Below, piece by piece: positions 21,722 to 31,903 of a DNA stretch of 64,000 nt; within the stretch, counting starts at the first letter, position 1; each line of letters begins with the position of its first letter. The notes beneath the pieces are model-generated. The model was not told where the DNA came from. It worked only from the letters and a program-made list of their open reading frames with translations, and made no database searches. The DNA is from an uncultured delta proteobacterium (GTDB taxonomy: Bacteria > Myxococcota_A > Polyangia > Haliangiales > Haliangiaceae), in assembly GCA_963848295.1 (NCBI GenBank), contig CAWKDB010000010.1:2432001-2496000 (forward strand), read 5' to 3'. The translations under genes were made by a program, and so were the position numbers.

Positions 21722-22567
21722 AGACGCTCGTCATCGGCTCACGCGGCCAGCTCGGGCGAAGCGTCGCGCGGCGCGGCGGTGCGATCACCGGCATCGATCT
21801 ACCCGAGCTCGATATCTGCGATGCCGCAGCGGTCGCGCGCGTGCTCGATCGCGATCGGCCCGCGGTCGTGATCAACGCCGCGGCTTACACGGCGGTCGAC
21901 CGGGCCGAGTCCGAGCGCGATCGCGCGTTCGCGGTCAACCGCGATGGCGCCGGCATCGTCGCGAACGCTTGTGCGCAGCGGCGGATGCGCTTGCTCCACG
22001 TGTCGACCGACTACGTGTTCGACGGCAGCGCGACCCGGCCGTACCGCGAGGACGATCCGCTCGCGCCGCTCGGCGTCTACGGCGCGAGCAAGGCCGAAGG
22101 CGAGCAAGCGGTGCACGAAGCCGGCGGCACGGTCGTGCGCACGTCCTGGCTGTTCGCCGAGGGCGGCCCGAGCTTCGTCCACACGATGGTGCGGCTCGCG
22201 CGCGAGCGCGAGGTGTTGCGCGTCGTCTCCGATCAGCGCGGTTGCCCGACGTACGCCGGCGACCTCGCCGACGCGCTGATCGAGCTCGGCGCGCGACCGG
22301 AGCTCGCGGCGACCTACCACTACTGCAACCACGGCGAGACGACGTGGCACGGGTTCGCGCGAGCGATCGTGGAGTCGGTACGCGGGGCCGGCCGCGTCGC
22401 GTGCGAACGGGTCGAGGCGATCACGACCGCCGACTATCCGACAGCCGGCGAAGCGCCCGGCCTACTCGATCCTCGACACCGCACGGATTCGCGACCTCGG
22501 CATCGAGCCGCCGCACTGGCAGCTCGGCTTGCACCGCGTGATCGCGCACGCGCTCGCGGAGGGCTAA
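21718..22567 (+). CDS. rmlD: dTDP-4-dehydrorhamnose reductase (one frameshift near 22443)
   Basis: GSRGQLG; NAAAYTAVDRAE; STDYVFDG; YGASK; DQRGCPT; AKRPAYSILD in the shifted frame. Confidence 0.92.
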
Positions 22568-22569
22568 GC

Positions 22570-23613
22570 ATGCGTCGAGTCATCGTCACCGGAGGAGCCG
22601 GCTTCATCGGGTTCAACTACGTGCGCGAGCTGCTCGTCGCCGAGCCCGCGACCGAGGTCATCGTGCTCGACAAGCTGACGTACGCGGGCAACCCGCGGTC
22701 GATCGCCGAGCTCGCGGCCGAGCCGCGCCTCGAGTTCGTGCAGGCCGATATCTGCGATCGCGCGATCGTGCGCGATCTGCTCGAGCGCGCGCAGCCCGCC
22801 GCGGTCGTGCACTTCGCGGCGGAGAGCCACGTCGATCGATCGATCGACGGCCCGAGCGACTTCATCCAGACCAACATCGTCGGCACGTTCAGCTTGCTCG
22901 AGGAGTGCCGGCGCTACCTCGCGGCGAGCCCCGATCCGAGCTTTCGGTTCCTGCACGTCTCGACCGACGAGGTGTTCGGCGCGCTCGGCCCGACCGGCGC
23001 GTTCTGCGAGGACACCGCATACGATCCGCGCTCGCCGTACTCGGCGTCGAAGGCGTCGAGCGATCACCTCGTGTCGGCGTACGTCCACACGTACAAGTTC
23101 CCGGCGGTGACGACGAACTGCTCGAACAACTACGGGCCGTATCAGTTCCCCGAGAAGCTGATCCCGCTGACGATCGCGAACGCGCTCGCGGGCAATCGCC
23201 TGCCGGTCTACGGCAAGGGCGAGAACATCCGCGACTGGATCTACGTCACCGATCACTGCGCCGCGGTGCGCGCGGTGCTCGCGAACGGCGCGGTCGGCGA
23301 GTGCTACCTCGTCGGCTCGCGCAACGAGCGCACGAACCTCGACGTCGTGCACACGATCTGCGACGTGCTCGACGAGCGCCGGCCGCGCAGCGCCGGCTCG
23401 CATCGCGACCTGATCGAGTTCGTCGTCGATCGCCCCGGCCACGACTTCCGTTACGCGATCGATCCGACCCGGATCGAGACCGAGCTCGGCTGGCGAGCGT
23501 CGACCCCGTTCGCCGACGGTATCCGCCGCACGATCGACTGGTACCTGGCGAATCGCGCGTGGACCGATGCGATCAAGTCCGGCGCGTATCGCGAACGGCT
23601 CGGAGTCGGGTGA
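22570..23613 (+). CDS. rmlB: dTDP-glucose 4,6-dehydratase
   Basis: TGGAGFIG; DKLTYAGN; HFAAESHVDRSI; STDEV; YSASK; DRPGHDFRY. Confidence 0.96.
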   Translation: MRRVIVTGGAGFIGFNYVRELLVAEPATEVIVLDKLTYAGNPRSIAELAAEPRLEFVQADICDRAIVRDLLERAQPAAVVHFAAESHVDRSIDGPSDFIQTNIVGTFSLLEECRRYLAASPDPSFRFLHVSTDEVFGALGPTGAFCEDTAYDPRSPYSASKASSDHLVSAYVHTYKFPAVTTNCSNNYGPYQFPEKLIPLTIANALAGNRLPVYGKGENIRDWIYVTDHCAAVRAVLANGAVGECYLVGSRNERTNLDVVHTICDVLDERRPRSAGSHRDLIEFVVDRPGHDFRYAIDPTRIETELGWRASTPFADGIRRTIDWYLANRAWTDAIKSGAYRERLGVG

Positions 23614-24944
23614 CCCCCGCGCGCCGTCGCTGGCTCGTCGGGTGCGGGCTCCTGCTGATCGCGCAACGCATCCTGCTCGCCGGCCAACAGATCCGCTGGT
23701 TCTGGGACAGCGAGGCGTATCTCGAGCAGGCGCGGCAACCGTTCGATTGGTCGCAGATCTACTACCCGAAGCCGATCCTGCCGTCGCTGGTCTATCGCCT
23801 GTGCGGCGTCGACCAAGGGTGGATCGTGATGCTCCAGGAGTGGCTATCGCTGTTCACCTGGCTCGTGTTCGGCGCCGCCTTGCTCGCATGGTTTCGGTCG
23901 CCGCGCGCGCGGCTCGCGTGCGGCATCGCGGTCGTGTTGCTCGTGCTCGACCCGTTCCGCATCGGGTTCTGCGACGTGCTGCTGTCGGAGTCGCTCAACG
24001 ACTCGCTGATGGCGCTGCTGCTCGCCTCGCTGCTCGTCGCGTTCGCGCGCACCGGCGCGGTCCGCGCCTGGGCCACCGCAGCCGCCGCCGTGATCGGCAT
24101 CGCGTGGTTGTTCGCGCGCGATACGAACGCGGTAGTCGCGATCGTCGCGATCGCGACCGCGCTGATCGTCTGGCGCGGCGCGCTGCTCCGGCGCTACGCC
24201 GTGATCGCGATCATGGCGGTGGTCGCCGCGACGTCGGTGTTCGTGCTGTCGACGACGACGGTCGTGCCAGCGCCGACCCACCTGTCGTTCCAATCGATCA
24301 TGCCGCCGGACTTCACGGCGCGGATGACGTACTCGATGATGGACAACCTCGTGTCGCGGGTGTTGCCGGATCGCGAGGCGCGCGAGTTCTTCGTCGCCCA
24401 CGGCTTGCCGCAAGTCGACAAGCTCGTCGCGATCGATCCCGAGCACGGACGGAATCGTCAGGCGATCTACCGCGACCCGGCGTTCGATCCCGCGCGGATC
24501 TGGATCGAGACGTCGTTCCGCTCGGTGTGGATCGAGTGGCTCGCGCTCCATCCGCTCGCGCGGGTAGGCGATCAGCTCCGCCACGCCGGCGAGTTGCTCG
24601 GCGTCGCGAAGGACGACTATCTCGGCTACATGCCGGTCGGCTGGCACACGCGCGGCGCGTTCGGCAAGAAGCTCCAGCTCGCGTCGTACGACGTGGTGGT
24701 CTTGCTCGTGCTGCTGTTCGTGCCGGCGCTGTATCGCCGTCGCCGCGAGCCACTCGGCAAGCTCGCGATCTGTCTCGTCGTCAGTGGCTGGGTCGGCGGG
24801 CTGTCCGCGTTCTACGGCGACTCGGCGGAGGTCGGCCGGCATTGCTATGGCGCCGGCCAGCAAGTGTTCGTCGCGATCGTGCTCGTGCTGTTGCTCGCGA
24901 TCGAGCGGCTCAGCCCGAGCGCACCGCCCTCACCGCCTGCGTGA
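23610..24944 (+). CDS. Polytopic membrane protein, GT-C-like
   Basis: GTGA overlap with rmlB; TM1 then WDSEAY; LLSESL; FARDTN. Confidence 0.65.
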   Translation: MTPARRRWLVGCGLLLIAQRILLAGQQIRWFWDSEAYLEQARQPFDWSQIYYPKPILPSLVYRLCGVDQGWIVMLQEWLSLFTWLVFGAALLAWFRSPRARLACGIAVVLLVLDPFRIGFCDVLLSESLNDSLMALLLASLLVAFARTGAVRAWATAAAAVIGIAWLFARDTNAVVAIVAIATALIVWRGALLRRYAVIAIMAVVAATSVFVLSTTTVVPAPTHLSFQSIMPPDFTARMTYSMMDNLVSRVLPDREAREFFVAHGLPQVDKLVAIDPEHGRNRQAIYRDPAFDPARIWIETSFRSVWIEWLALHPLARVGDQLRHAGELLGVAKDDYLGYMPVGWHTRGAFGKKLQLASYDVVVLLVLLFVPALYRRRREPLGKLAICLVVSGWVGGLSAFYGDSAEVGRHCYGAGQQVFVAIVLVLLLAIERLSPSAPPSPPA

Positions 24945-25437
24945 CCTCGTCCCATTCGTCGCACCGCGCGTCGGCCGGGGCGCCGTCGACATCGGGCCCG
25001 AACCGGATCGCGTGTCCGACCCCGGCGGCGCGCCCCGCTTCGAGGTCGCTCGCCTTGTCGCCGATCACGATCGAGGCCGCGAGATCGATGCCGAGCTGTT
25101 CGGCGGCGTCGAGCAACATGCCGGGCGCCGGCTTGCGACACGCGCAGTTCGCTTCCGGCGCGTGCGGGCAGTAGTGGAACGCGGCGAACGCCACGCCGGC
25201 CGCGGCGAATGCCGCGACGAACCGGTCGTGGACCGCGGTCGCTTGTTCGGGCGTGACCAGCCCGCGGCCGATGCCGGATTGGTTCGAGATCACGACGAGC
25301 AGCCAATCGCGCGACATCGCGCGCAGCGCCTCGGCCGCGCCCGCGATCAGCTCGACCTCGGCAGGCTCGCTCGGATAGCCGACATCGACGATCAACGTGC
25401 CGTCGCGATCGAGGAACAACGCGCGGCGGCCCGACAC
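24910..25437 (-). CDS. gmhB: D,D-heptose 1,7-bisphosphate phosphatase
   Basis: FLDRDGTL; SNQSGIGRG; CPH..CACRKPAPGM; IGDKASD. Confidence 0.92.
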   Translation of the reverse strand: MSGRRALFLDRDGTLIVDVGYPSEPAEVELIAGAAEALRAMSRDWLLVVISNQSGIGRGLVTPEQATAVHDRFVAAFAAAGVAFAAFHYCPHAPEANCACRKPAPGMLLDAAEQLGIDLAASIVIGDKASDLEAGRAAGVGHAIRFGPDVDGAPADARCDEWDEVTQAVRAVRSG

Positions 25438-25439
25438 AC

Positions 25440-26946
25440 CTACAGTCTACGTCGAGTCACGAGGATTCCGAGCCCGATCAGCGCGAGACCGCCGAGGGCG
25501 CCGAGCCCGAGCCCCATCGCCTTGCCGCCGCCCGGCGGATGTGCGAAGCCGCCGCTGCGGCCACCGCCGCCGGTCGCACGGCGCACGCCGAGCTCTTTGA
25601 TATCGGCCTTGACCATGCTCGCCAGCGCGAGCCCACCGCGCGGCGCGAACGCCACCTTCGTCGCCGCGATCACCTGGTTCGCGATGCCGTTCGGCGGACC
25701 GCCCCAGATGTTGCGCCGCGGGTTCTTGCACGCGATCGGCCCGGTCCACTGCATGCCGGATCGCGTAGCGCGCCTGGAAGTAGTTCTCCGCGCTCGCGAT
25801 CGCTCCGGTCTCCAGCGCGCCGCTCGCGCCCATCTGCTCGCGCCCGCCGGTGATCGGCGTCGCCGCCTTGAACCGCAGGTCGTCCTTGATGTCGTCCTTG
25901 CTGTAGCGCGCGTGCAGCCGGGTCAGCACGAAGTTGCCCGTCGCGATCTTGCCGCCGACGAGGTCGCCGCCGAGTGACATCAAGTCCTCCGGCGTCACGT
26001 CGAGCGTCGGGCACGGATCGCAGTGGTAGCCGTTCATCGCGGTCCACGCGTACTCGGTCACGATCGACCGCGGGTTCACCTCCATCGTCTTGTCGAACAG
26101 CGCCGCGTAGAACTCCCCGAACCGCGACTTCACCGCGTCCTTCACGTCGAAGTTCGTCGGGATCGTCACGTTCTTGTAGTTCGCCACCTCGTAGCGCTTG
26201 TCCGGCGCCACGATGTTCACGATCAGATCTTGCTTGCCCGACGAGTTCGCCATCCCCAAGCGGATCGGCAGCTCGAACTCCACGCTGTCGTACGAGAACC
26301 GCAGCGGCGACAGCGCCGCGTGCCCCGCCACCATCTGCACCTTCTTCGGATCGACCTTCGCCACGAAGAACTTCGACCCGCTCTCGACGTACGGCCGCAG
26401 CAGCGGCTCCGCGCCCCGCGGAATCTGATAGTGGTTCTCGGTCAGCCACCGCTCCAGCCCCGTCGAGTCCGTCGCCGACAGCACCAGGATCTTGTACTCG
26501 GCGACGTCGAACTTCGCCTCGATCTTCACCGTCGCGCGGTGCATCGGCGCCTCGTCGTAGAGGACGCCACCGCCCTTCGCAGAGGCGACGTCCATGGGCG
26601 CCTCCGGCGGTGGCGGAATGAAGCACGGATCCTGCTCCCAGTACTCGACCAGCCGTGGCGACCCGAGCGAGTCGACGTGCTCGAACACGCTCTTCGGCAG
26701 CGTCTTGACGTCCTTCTCGTGCAGCACGACGGGCACCGGCACGACCATCGCGAAGTCCGACAGCGGCCCTTTGTAGTCGTTCTGCATCGACAGCACGGTC
26801 TTCGTGCCGTCGCGCATCAGCACGACCTGCGTCGCGTCCGCGAACATCTTGTCGCCCGAGCCGCTGACGTAGAAACCACAGAAGGCGTGGGCCGCGGCCG
26901 GCATGGCGAACGCGGCAGCTCCGATCACGAGCGCTAGCTTGGTCAT
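25440..26946 (-). CDS. DUF2330-type exported protein with C-terminal TM, copy 1 (1-nt insertion at ~25750)
   Basis: Signal peptide AHA|FCGFYV; FAMVVPVP; PRLVEYWEQDPC; LPIRLG; LTRLHARY; extra T relative to copy 2. Confidence 0.8.
25474..26889. repeat. ~1.4-kb direct repeat, copy 1 (pairs with ~29439-30853)
   Basis: Near-identical at offset 3964-3965 except 26536-26619. Confidence 0.95.
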
Positions 26947-26991
26947 GGAAGTCTCCCGACTGCCATTCAACGCACGCCGCCGGGGCGAGGT

Positions 26992-28071
26992 CTACCTCTT
27001 GAGCCGCTCTAGTGTATCCGTCGATGATCGCCCGGGAACCATCGGCACGAGCTCGACCCGGCCGCCGTAGGCCTCGACCGTGGCGCGTTCCGGAATCGGC
27101 TTGTCGGCGTAGTCCGCGCCTTTGACGTGGACGTCGGGCTTGACCTGTGCAAGCACGCCCTCGGGCGTGGCGTCGTCGAACACGACGATCGCGTCGACGA
27201 CATCGAGCGCGGCGAGGAGCTCGACTCGCTCGGCACACGGGAAGATCGGCCGGCCGGGGCCCTTGTTCGCGCGCACCGATGCGTCGCCGTTCACCCCGAC
27301 GATCAACACGTCGCCGAACCGCCGCGCCGCTCGCAGCGACGTCAAGTGGCCGACGTGGAGCACGTCGAACACGCCGTTCGTCCACACGACCAGCTTCTTG
27401 CGAGCGGCACACGCTTCGCGCCACGCGATCGCCTCGGACAGCGTGTACTCCTTCGCGCAATCGGTGACGCGAGACGCGCCTTCGACCGGCGCGGTGTGGG
27501 CCTCGGTGGCGAACGCCTCGTCGACGAGCTCGCAGATCAGGTGGCCGATCGCGATGTGACACTCCTGGATCCGCGCGGTCACCGCCGACGGCACGGCGAC
27601 CCCGCCGTCGCAGCTCGCGACGAGCTTGCCGCCTTTCACGCCGGTCAGAGCGATCACCTTCATCTGGCGAGAGCGCGCCGCGGCGATCGCGGCGAGCACG
27701 TTGTTCGAGGTGCCGCTCGTCGTGATCGCGATCAACACGTCGCCGGGTTGGCCGAACGCCTCGACCTGGCGCGCGAACACGTGGTCGAACCCGTAGTCGT
27801 TCGCGATCGCGGTGAGCGCCGACGTATCGGTGGTGAGCGCGATCGCGGGCAGTGGCCGGCGCTCGAGCACGTACCGACCGACGAGCTCGGCCGCGATGTG
27901 CTGCGCATCGGCCGCGCTGCCCCCGTTGCCGCAGATCAACAGCTTCTTGCCGGACAGCACCGCCGCGCGCACCAGCTCGCAGGCGTGCACGATCGCGTCG
28001 GCATGCTCTGCGACCAGCTCGGTGCGGACGCGAACGCCTTCGACCAGCGCATCGCGAACGGACCGATTCAT
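26992..28071 (-). CDS. gmhA: Fusion of phosphoheptose isomerase (GmhA) and heptose-1-phosphate adenylyltransferase (HldC/RfaE domain II)
   Basis: CGNGGSAADAQH, ANDYGF, TSGTS and RIQECH, then in frame TNGVFDVLHVGH, KGPGRP, VKGADY and GRSST. Confidence 0.9.
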   Translation of the reverse strand: MNRSVRDALVEGVRVRTELVAEHADAIVHACELVRAAVLSGKKLLICGNGGSAADAQHIAAELVGRYVLERRPLPAIALTTDTSALTAIANDYGFDHVFARQVEAFGQPGDVLIAITTSGTSNNVLAAIAAARSRQMKVIALTGVKGGKLVASCDGGVAVPSAVTARIQECHIAIGHLICELVDEAFATEAHTAPVEGASRVTDCAKEYTLSEAIAWREACAARKKLVVWTNGVFDVLHVGHLTSLRAARRFGDVLIVGVNGDASVRANKGPGRPIFPCAERVELLAALDVVDAIVVFDDATPEGVLAQVKPDVHVKGADYADKPIPERATVEAYGGRVELVPMVPGRSSTDTLERLKR

Positions 28072-29309
28072 GCGCGCACTTCGGACAGCGCCGGCCGCAA
28101 CGCCAGCAACTCGCGCGCGTGATCCATCACGGTCTCGAGCGGCACCGTGCACGCGGCGGCGTTGCCGATCTCGAGGCTCGGCCGGCCGACCGCGACGTCC
28201 TTGCCGTTGTAGACCGTGAACAACGGGATCGAGTACAGGTCCGGCGCGACCGAGCGAACGTTCGAGCCGATCGGCGCGAACAACGTGGGCGAATCCGCGA
28301 AGAACAGGCCGATCACCGGGGCATCGACGAGACACGCCATGTGCATCGGGCCGGAGTCGTTCGACACGACGAGCTTCGACTCTGCGAACAGCACGAGCAG
28401 CTCGCTCAACGAGATCTCGCCGGCGAGGTTGTGCGCGCGGGGCGTCTTGCAGCGATCGACGACGCTCTGCACGTACTCGCGCTCGTGCGGCGCGCCGATG
28501 AAGCACACCCGTGCGTTCGGCGTATGCGCGACGAGCTCGTCGGCGAGGCCGGCGTAGCGCTCGGTCGGCCACTTGCGCGCTTCGGGCGCGAGATCCGGCG
28601 ACGTGTTCGGGTTGATCACGAACAGCGGGTCGCTGGGCCGGATCCCGAGCTTCGCGAGCTTGCTGCGCAGCTGGGCGCGCTCGTGCTCGCTCGGCGTGAT
28701 CTTCGGGTAGCGGTACTTCGCCGCCATCTCGTTGAAGTTCAGGTAGTAGTGATCGCCGGTCGTGACGAGGTAGACCAGCGACAGGAAGATATCGCTCGTA
28801 TGGAAGTAGCTGTTGTAGAAGCCCGCGATGTCGAGCAGCTCGCGGCGCCACGGCTCGCCGGTCAGGTAGAACCCGGCCTTGCGCGGGATGCCGGCGAGGC
28901 TCGACAGCACGAGCGGGAACTTCGCGAAGAACTCGAGGTCGAGCGCGAGGTCGCACTTCGCCTTGCGCAGCGTGCGCGCGACCGCGAGCGTGGTCTTGAG
29001 GAACGCCTGCGGCGTCGTCGGATCGACGTAGTGGTTGAAGTCGGTGAGCCCGAGGATCTCGAGGATCGTCTGGTTCGACTTGAACGTGACGAAGTGGATC
29101 TTCGCGTTCGGATAATGCTCGCGCAGCGCCGCCAAGCTCTTCGTCGCCACGATGATCGAGCCGATGCCGAAGAACTTCATGACGACGACGTTGCGCACTT
29201 CGAGGCGCGGCGCGACGAACGGCTTCTGCAGTTGATGGGCGGTCGCCAGGACGTTGCACGCGGCGTTGCCCAACACCTTGTCCAACCGGCGCATCAGCTT
29301 GACGTCCAT
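28068..29309 (-). CDS. Glycosyltransferase family 9 (ADP-heptose heptosyltransferase-like)
   Basis: FFGIGSII; RKWPTERY; NLAGEISLSEL; SNDSGPMHMA. Confidence 0.88.
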   Translation of the reverse strand: MDVKLMRRLDKVLGNAACNVLATAHQLQKPFVAPRLEVRNVVVMKFFGIGSIIVATKSLAALREHYPNAKIHFVTFKSNQTILEILGLTDFNHYVDPTTPQAFLKTTLAVARTLRKAKCDLALDLEFFAKFPLVLSSLAGIPRKAGFYLTGEPWRRELLDIAGFYNSYFHTSDIFLSLVYLVTTGDHYYLNFNEMAAKYRYPKITPSEHERAQLRSKLAKLGIRPSDPLFVINPNTSPDLAPEARKWPTERYAGLADELVAHTPNARVCFIGAPHEREYVQSVVDRCKTPRAHNLAGEISLSELLVLFAESKLVVSNDSGPMHMACLVDAPVIGLFFADSPTLFAPIGSNVRSVAPDLYSIPLFTVYNGKDVAVGRPSLEIGNAAACTVPLETVMDHARELLALRPALSEVRA

Positions 29310-29404
29310 GGCCCAAACCATTGCCACGGGAGCGCCGGGTACGTCAAGCAAACCGCGGGCTTGTGCCCGCTATCACGCGACGGCGATGTCGCGATTCACG
29401 CCAG

Positions 29405-30910
29405 CTATTGGCGCCGGCGCGTGACCAGCAAGCCCAGGCCGATCAGCGCGAGACCGCCGAGCGCGCCGAGCCCGAGGCCCATCGCCTTGCCGCCGCCGGG
29501 CGGTTGCGCGAAGCCACCGCTACGGCCGCCGCCGCCGGTCGCACGGCGCACGCCGAGCTCTTTGATGTCGGCCTTGACCATGCTCGCCAGCGCGAGCCCG
29601 CCGCGCGGCGCGAACGCCACCTTCGTCGCCGCGATCACCTGGTTCGCGACGCCGTTCGGCGGACCGCCCCAGATGTTGCGCCGCGGGTTCTTGCACGCGA
29701 TCGGCCCGGTCCACGCATGCCGGATCGCGTAGCGCGCCTGGAAGTAGTTCTCCGCGCTCGCGATCGCTCCGGTCTCCAGCGCGCCGCTCGCGCCCATCTG
29801 CTCGCGCCCCCCGGTGATCGGCGTCGCCGCCTTGAACCGCAGGTCGTCCTTGATGTCGTCCTTGCTGTAGCGCGCGTGCAGCCGGGTCAACACGAAGTTG
29901 CCCGTCGCGATCTTGCCGCCCACCAGGTCGCCGCCGAGCGACATCAAGTCTTCCGGCGTCACGTCGAGCGTCGGGCACGGATCGCAGTGGTAGCCGTTCA
30001 TCGCGGTCCACGCGTACTCGGTCACGATCGACCGCGGGTTCACCTCCATCGTCTTGTCGAACAGCGCCGCGTAGAACTCCCCGAACCGCGACTTCACCGC
30101 GTCCTTCACGTCGAAGTTCGTCGGGATCGTCACGTTCTTGTAGTTCGCCACCTCGTAGCGCTTGTCCGGCGCCACGATGTTCACGATCAGATCTTGCTTG
30201 CCCGACGAGTTCGCCATCCCCAAGCGGATCGGCAGCTCGAACTCCTCGCTGTCGTACGAGAATCGCAGCGGCGACAGCGCCGCGTGCCCCGCCACCATCT
30301 GCACCTTCTTCGGATCGACCTTCGCCACGAAGAACTTCGACCCGCTCTCGACGTACGGCCGCAGCAGCGGCTCCGCGCCCCGCGGTATCTGATAGTGGTT
30401 CTCGGTCAGCCACCGCTCGAGCCCGGTCGAGTCCGTCGCCGACAGCACCAGGATCTTGTATTCGGCGACGTCGAACTTCGCCTCGATCTTCACCGTCGCC
30501 CGCTTCGGCGTCGCCATCGCGCCGTAGGCGCGACCCGACGGGGCGGCGCTCTCCACGTCGTCCTTGTCGTACTCGCGGTCGACGAAGCACGGATCCTGCT
30601 CCCAGTACTCGACGAGCCGCGGCGAACCGAGCGAGTCGACGTGCTCGAACACGCTCTTCGGCAGCGTCTTGACGTCCTTCTCGTGCAACACGACCGGCAC
30701 CGGCACGACCATCGCGAAGTCCGACAGCGGCCCTTTGTAGTCGTTCTGCATCGACAGCACGGTCTTCGTGCCATCGCGCATCAGCACGACCTGCGTCGCG
30801 TCCGCGAACATCTTGTCGCCCGAGCCGCTGACGTAGAACCCGCAAAAGGCGTGAGCAGCACTGGGCAGCGCGCACACGGCTGCGGCGATCGCGAGTCCGA
30901 ATCTGGTCAT
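29405..30910 (-). CDS. DUF2330-type exported protein with C-terminal TM, copy 2 (intact)
   Basis: GGAGG RBS; 501 aa; same motifs as copy 1. Confidence 0.82.
   Translation of the reverse strand: MTRFGLAIAAAVCALPSAAHAFCGFYVSGSGDKMFADATQVVLMRDGTKTVLSMQNDYKGPLSDFAMVVPVPVVLHEKDVKTLPKSVFEHVDSLGSPRLVEYWEQDPCFVDREYDKDDVESAAPSGRAYGAMATPKRATVKIEAKFDVAEYKILVLSATDSTGLERWLTENHYQIPRGAEPLLRPYVESGSKFFVAKVDPKKVQMVAGHAALSPLRFSYDSEEFELPIRLGMANSSGKQDLIVNIVAPDKRYEVANYKNVTIPTNFDVKDAVKSRFGEFYAALFDKTMEVNPRSIVTEYAWTAMNGYHCDPCPTLDVTPEDLMSLGGDLVGGKIATGNFVLTRLHARYSKDDIKDDLRFKAATPITGGREQMGASGALETGAIASAENYFQARYAIRHAWTGPIACKNPRRNIWGGPPNGVANQVIAATKVAFAPRGGLALASMVKADIKELGVRRATGGGGRSGGFAQPPGGGKAMGLGLGALGGLALIGLGLLVTRRRQ
29439..30853. 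repeat. ~1.4-kb direct repeat, copy 2
   Basis: Near-identical to 25474-26889 except 30500-30583. Confidence 0.95.
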
Positions 30911-30952
30911 GGAGCCTCCACCCGGCACTAACGCACGACTCGGGCGTGCGAT

Positions 30953-31903
30953 CTAGGGCTCGGAGCCGCGCTTCGCGGACTCGGCCGGCGACCGATACTG
31001 TAGGTACGCGAGCCGCTTCGCTTCGCGCCGCACGTGCGCCACGAGATCGAGGATGAGGCCGGTCGCGAAGCACAGCACCGCGATCACGACGAGCCCGGTG
31101 CACAGGATCGCGGTCGGGACGCGAGGCACGAACCCGGTGCGCGCGTACTCGATGACAACCGGGATGCCAAGCGCGACCGCCACCGCGATGAACGTCCAAC
31201 CGACGAGCGCGAAGAACAGCAGCGGGCGTTCGTTGCGCAGCAAGTTCGTGATCGTCAGCAAGATCCGCCAACCATCACGGAACGTCCGGAGCTTGCTCGT
31301 CGAACCGGGCGGGCGCTCCTTGTAGTTCGTATCGACCTCCGCGATCGCCATCTTCATCTGCATCGCGTGGACCGTGAGCTCGGTCTCGATCTCGAACTCG
31401 CGCGACGACGACGGAAAGCTCTTCACGAACCGGCGCGAAAACACGCGATAGCCCGACAACATGTCGGCGAGCTGCGAGCCGAAGATCCGCCCGACCAGGC
31501 CGGTGAGCACGGCGTTGCCGAGGCGATGGCCGGCGCGATACGCCGCTTCGTGGGTCTCGACCCGCTTGCCGACGACCATGTCGAGGTTTTCGGTGACGAG
31601 CTTGGCGACGAGCTCGGGCGCGACCGTCGCGTCGTAGGTGTCGTCGCCGTCGACCATCACGTAGATGTCGGCTTCGATGTCCTGGAACATCCGGCGCACG
31701 ACGTTGCCCTTGCCCGGACGGCGCTCGCGGCGCACCACCGCGCCGGCGGCAGTCGCGACTTCGCTCGTCTTGTCGGTCGAGTTGTTGTCGTAGACGTAGA
31801 CCGTCGCGTCGGGCAACGCGGCGCGGAAGTCGGCGACCACCTTGCGAATCGCGACCTCTTCGTCGAGGCACGGCACGAGCACCGCGACGGTCGGGGCGGC
31901 CAC
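30953..31903 (-). CDS. GT2 polyprenyl-phosphate glycosyltransferase (DPM1-like) with two C-terminal TMs
   Basis: VPCLDEE; YDNNSTD; GKGNVVR; VDGDDTY; DMLSGYR; FEIETE; SKLRTFRDG. Confidence 0.88.
   Translation of the reverse strand: MAAPTVAVLVPCLDEEVAIRKVVADFRAALPDATVYVYDNNSTDKTSEVATAAGAVVRRERRPGKGNVVRRMFQDIEADIYVMVDGDDTYDATVAPELVAKLVTENLDMVVGKRVETHEAAYRAGHRLGNAVLTGLVGRIFGSQLADMLSGYRVFSRRFVKSFPSSSREFEIETELTVHAMQMKMAIAEVDTNYKERPPGSTSKLRTFRDGWRILLTITNLLRNERPLLFFALVGWTFIAVAVALGIPVVIEYARTGFVPRVPTAILCTGLVVIAVLCFATGLILDLVAHVRREAKRLAYLQYRSPAESAKRGSEP

Noticed and set aside
21142..23613. Apparent RmlD-RmlB fusion (823 aa)
   Set aside because: Caused by one extra base near 22443; the true RmlD C-terminus and TAA (22565-22567) lie in another frame
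25440..30910. Diversity-generating retroelement TR/VR pair
   Set aside because: Differences are not adenine-specific, both copies are whole genes, and there is no reverse transcriptase in the window
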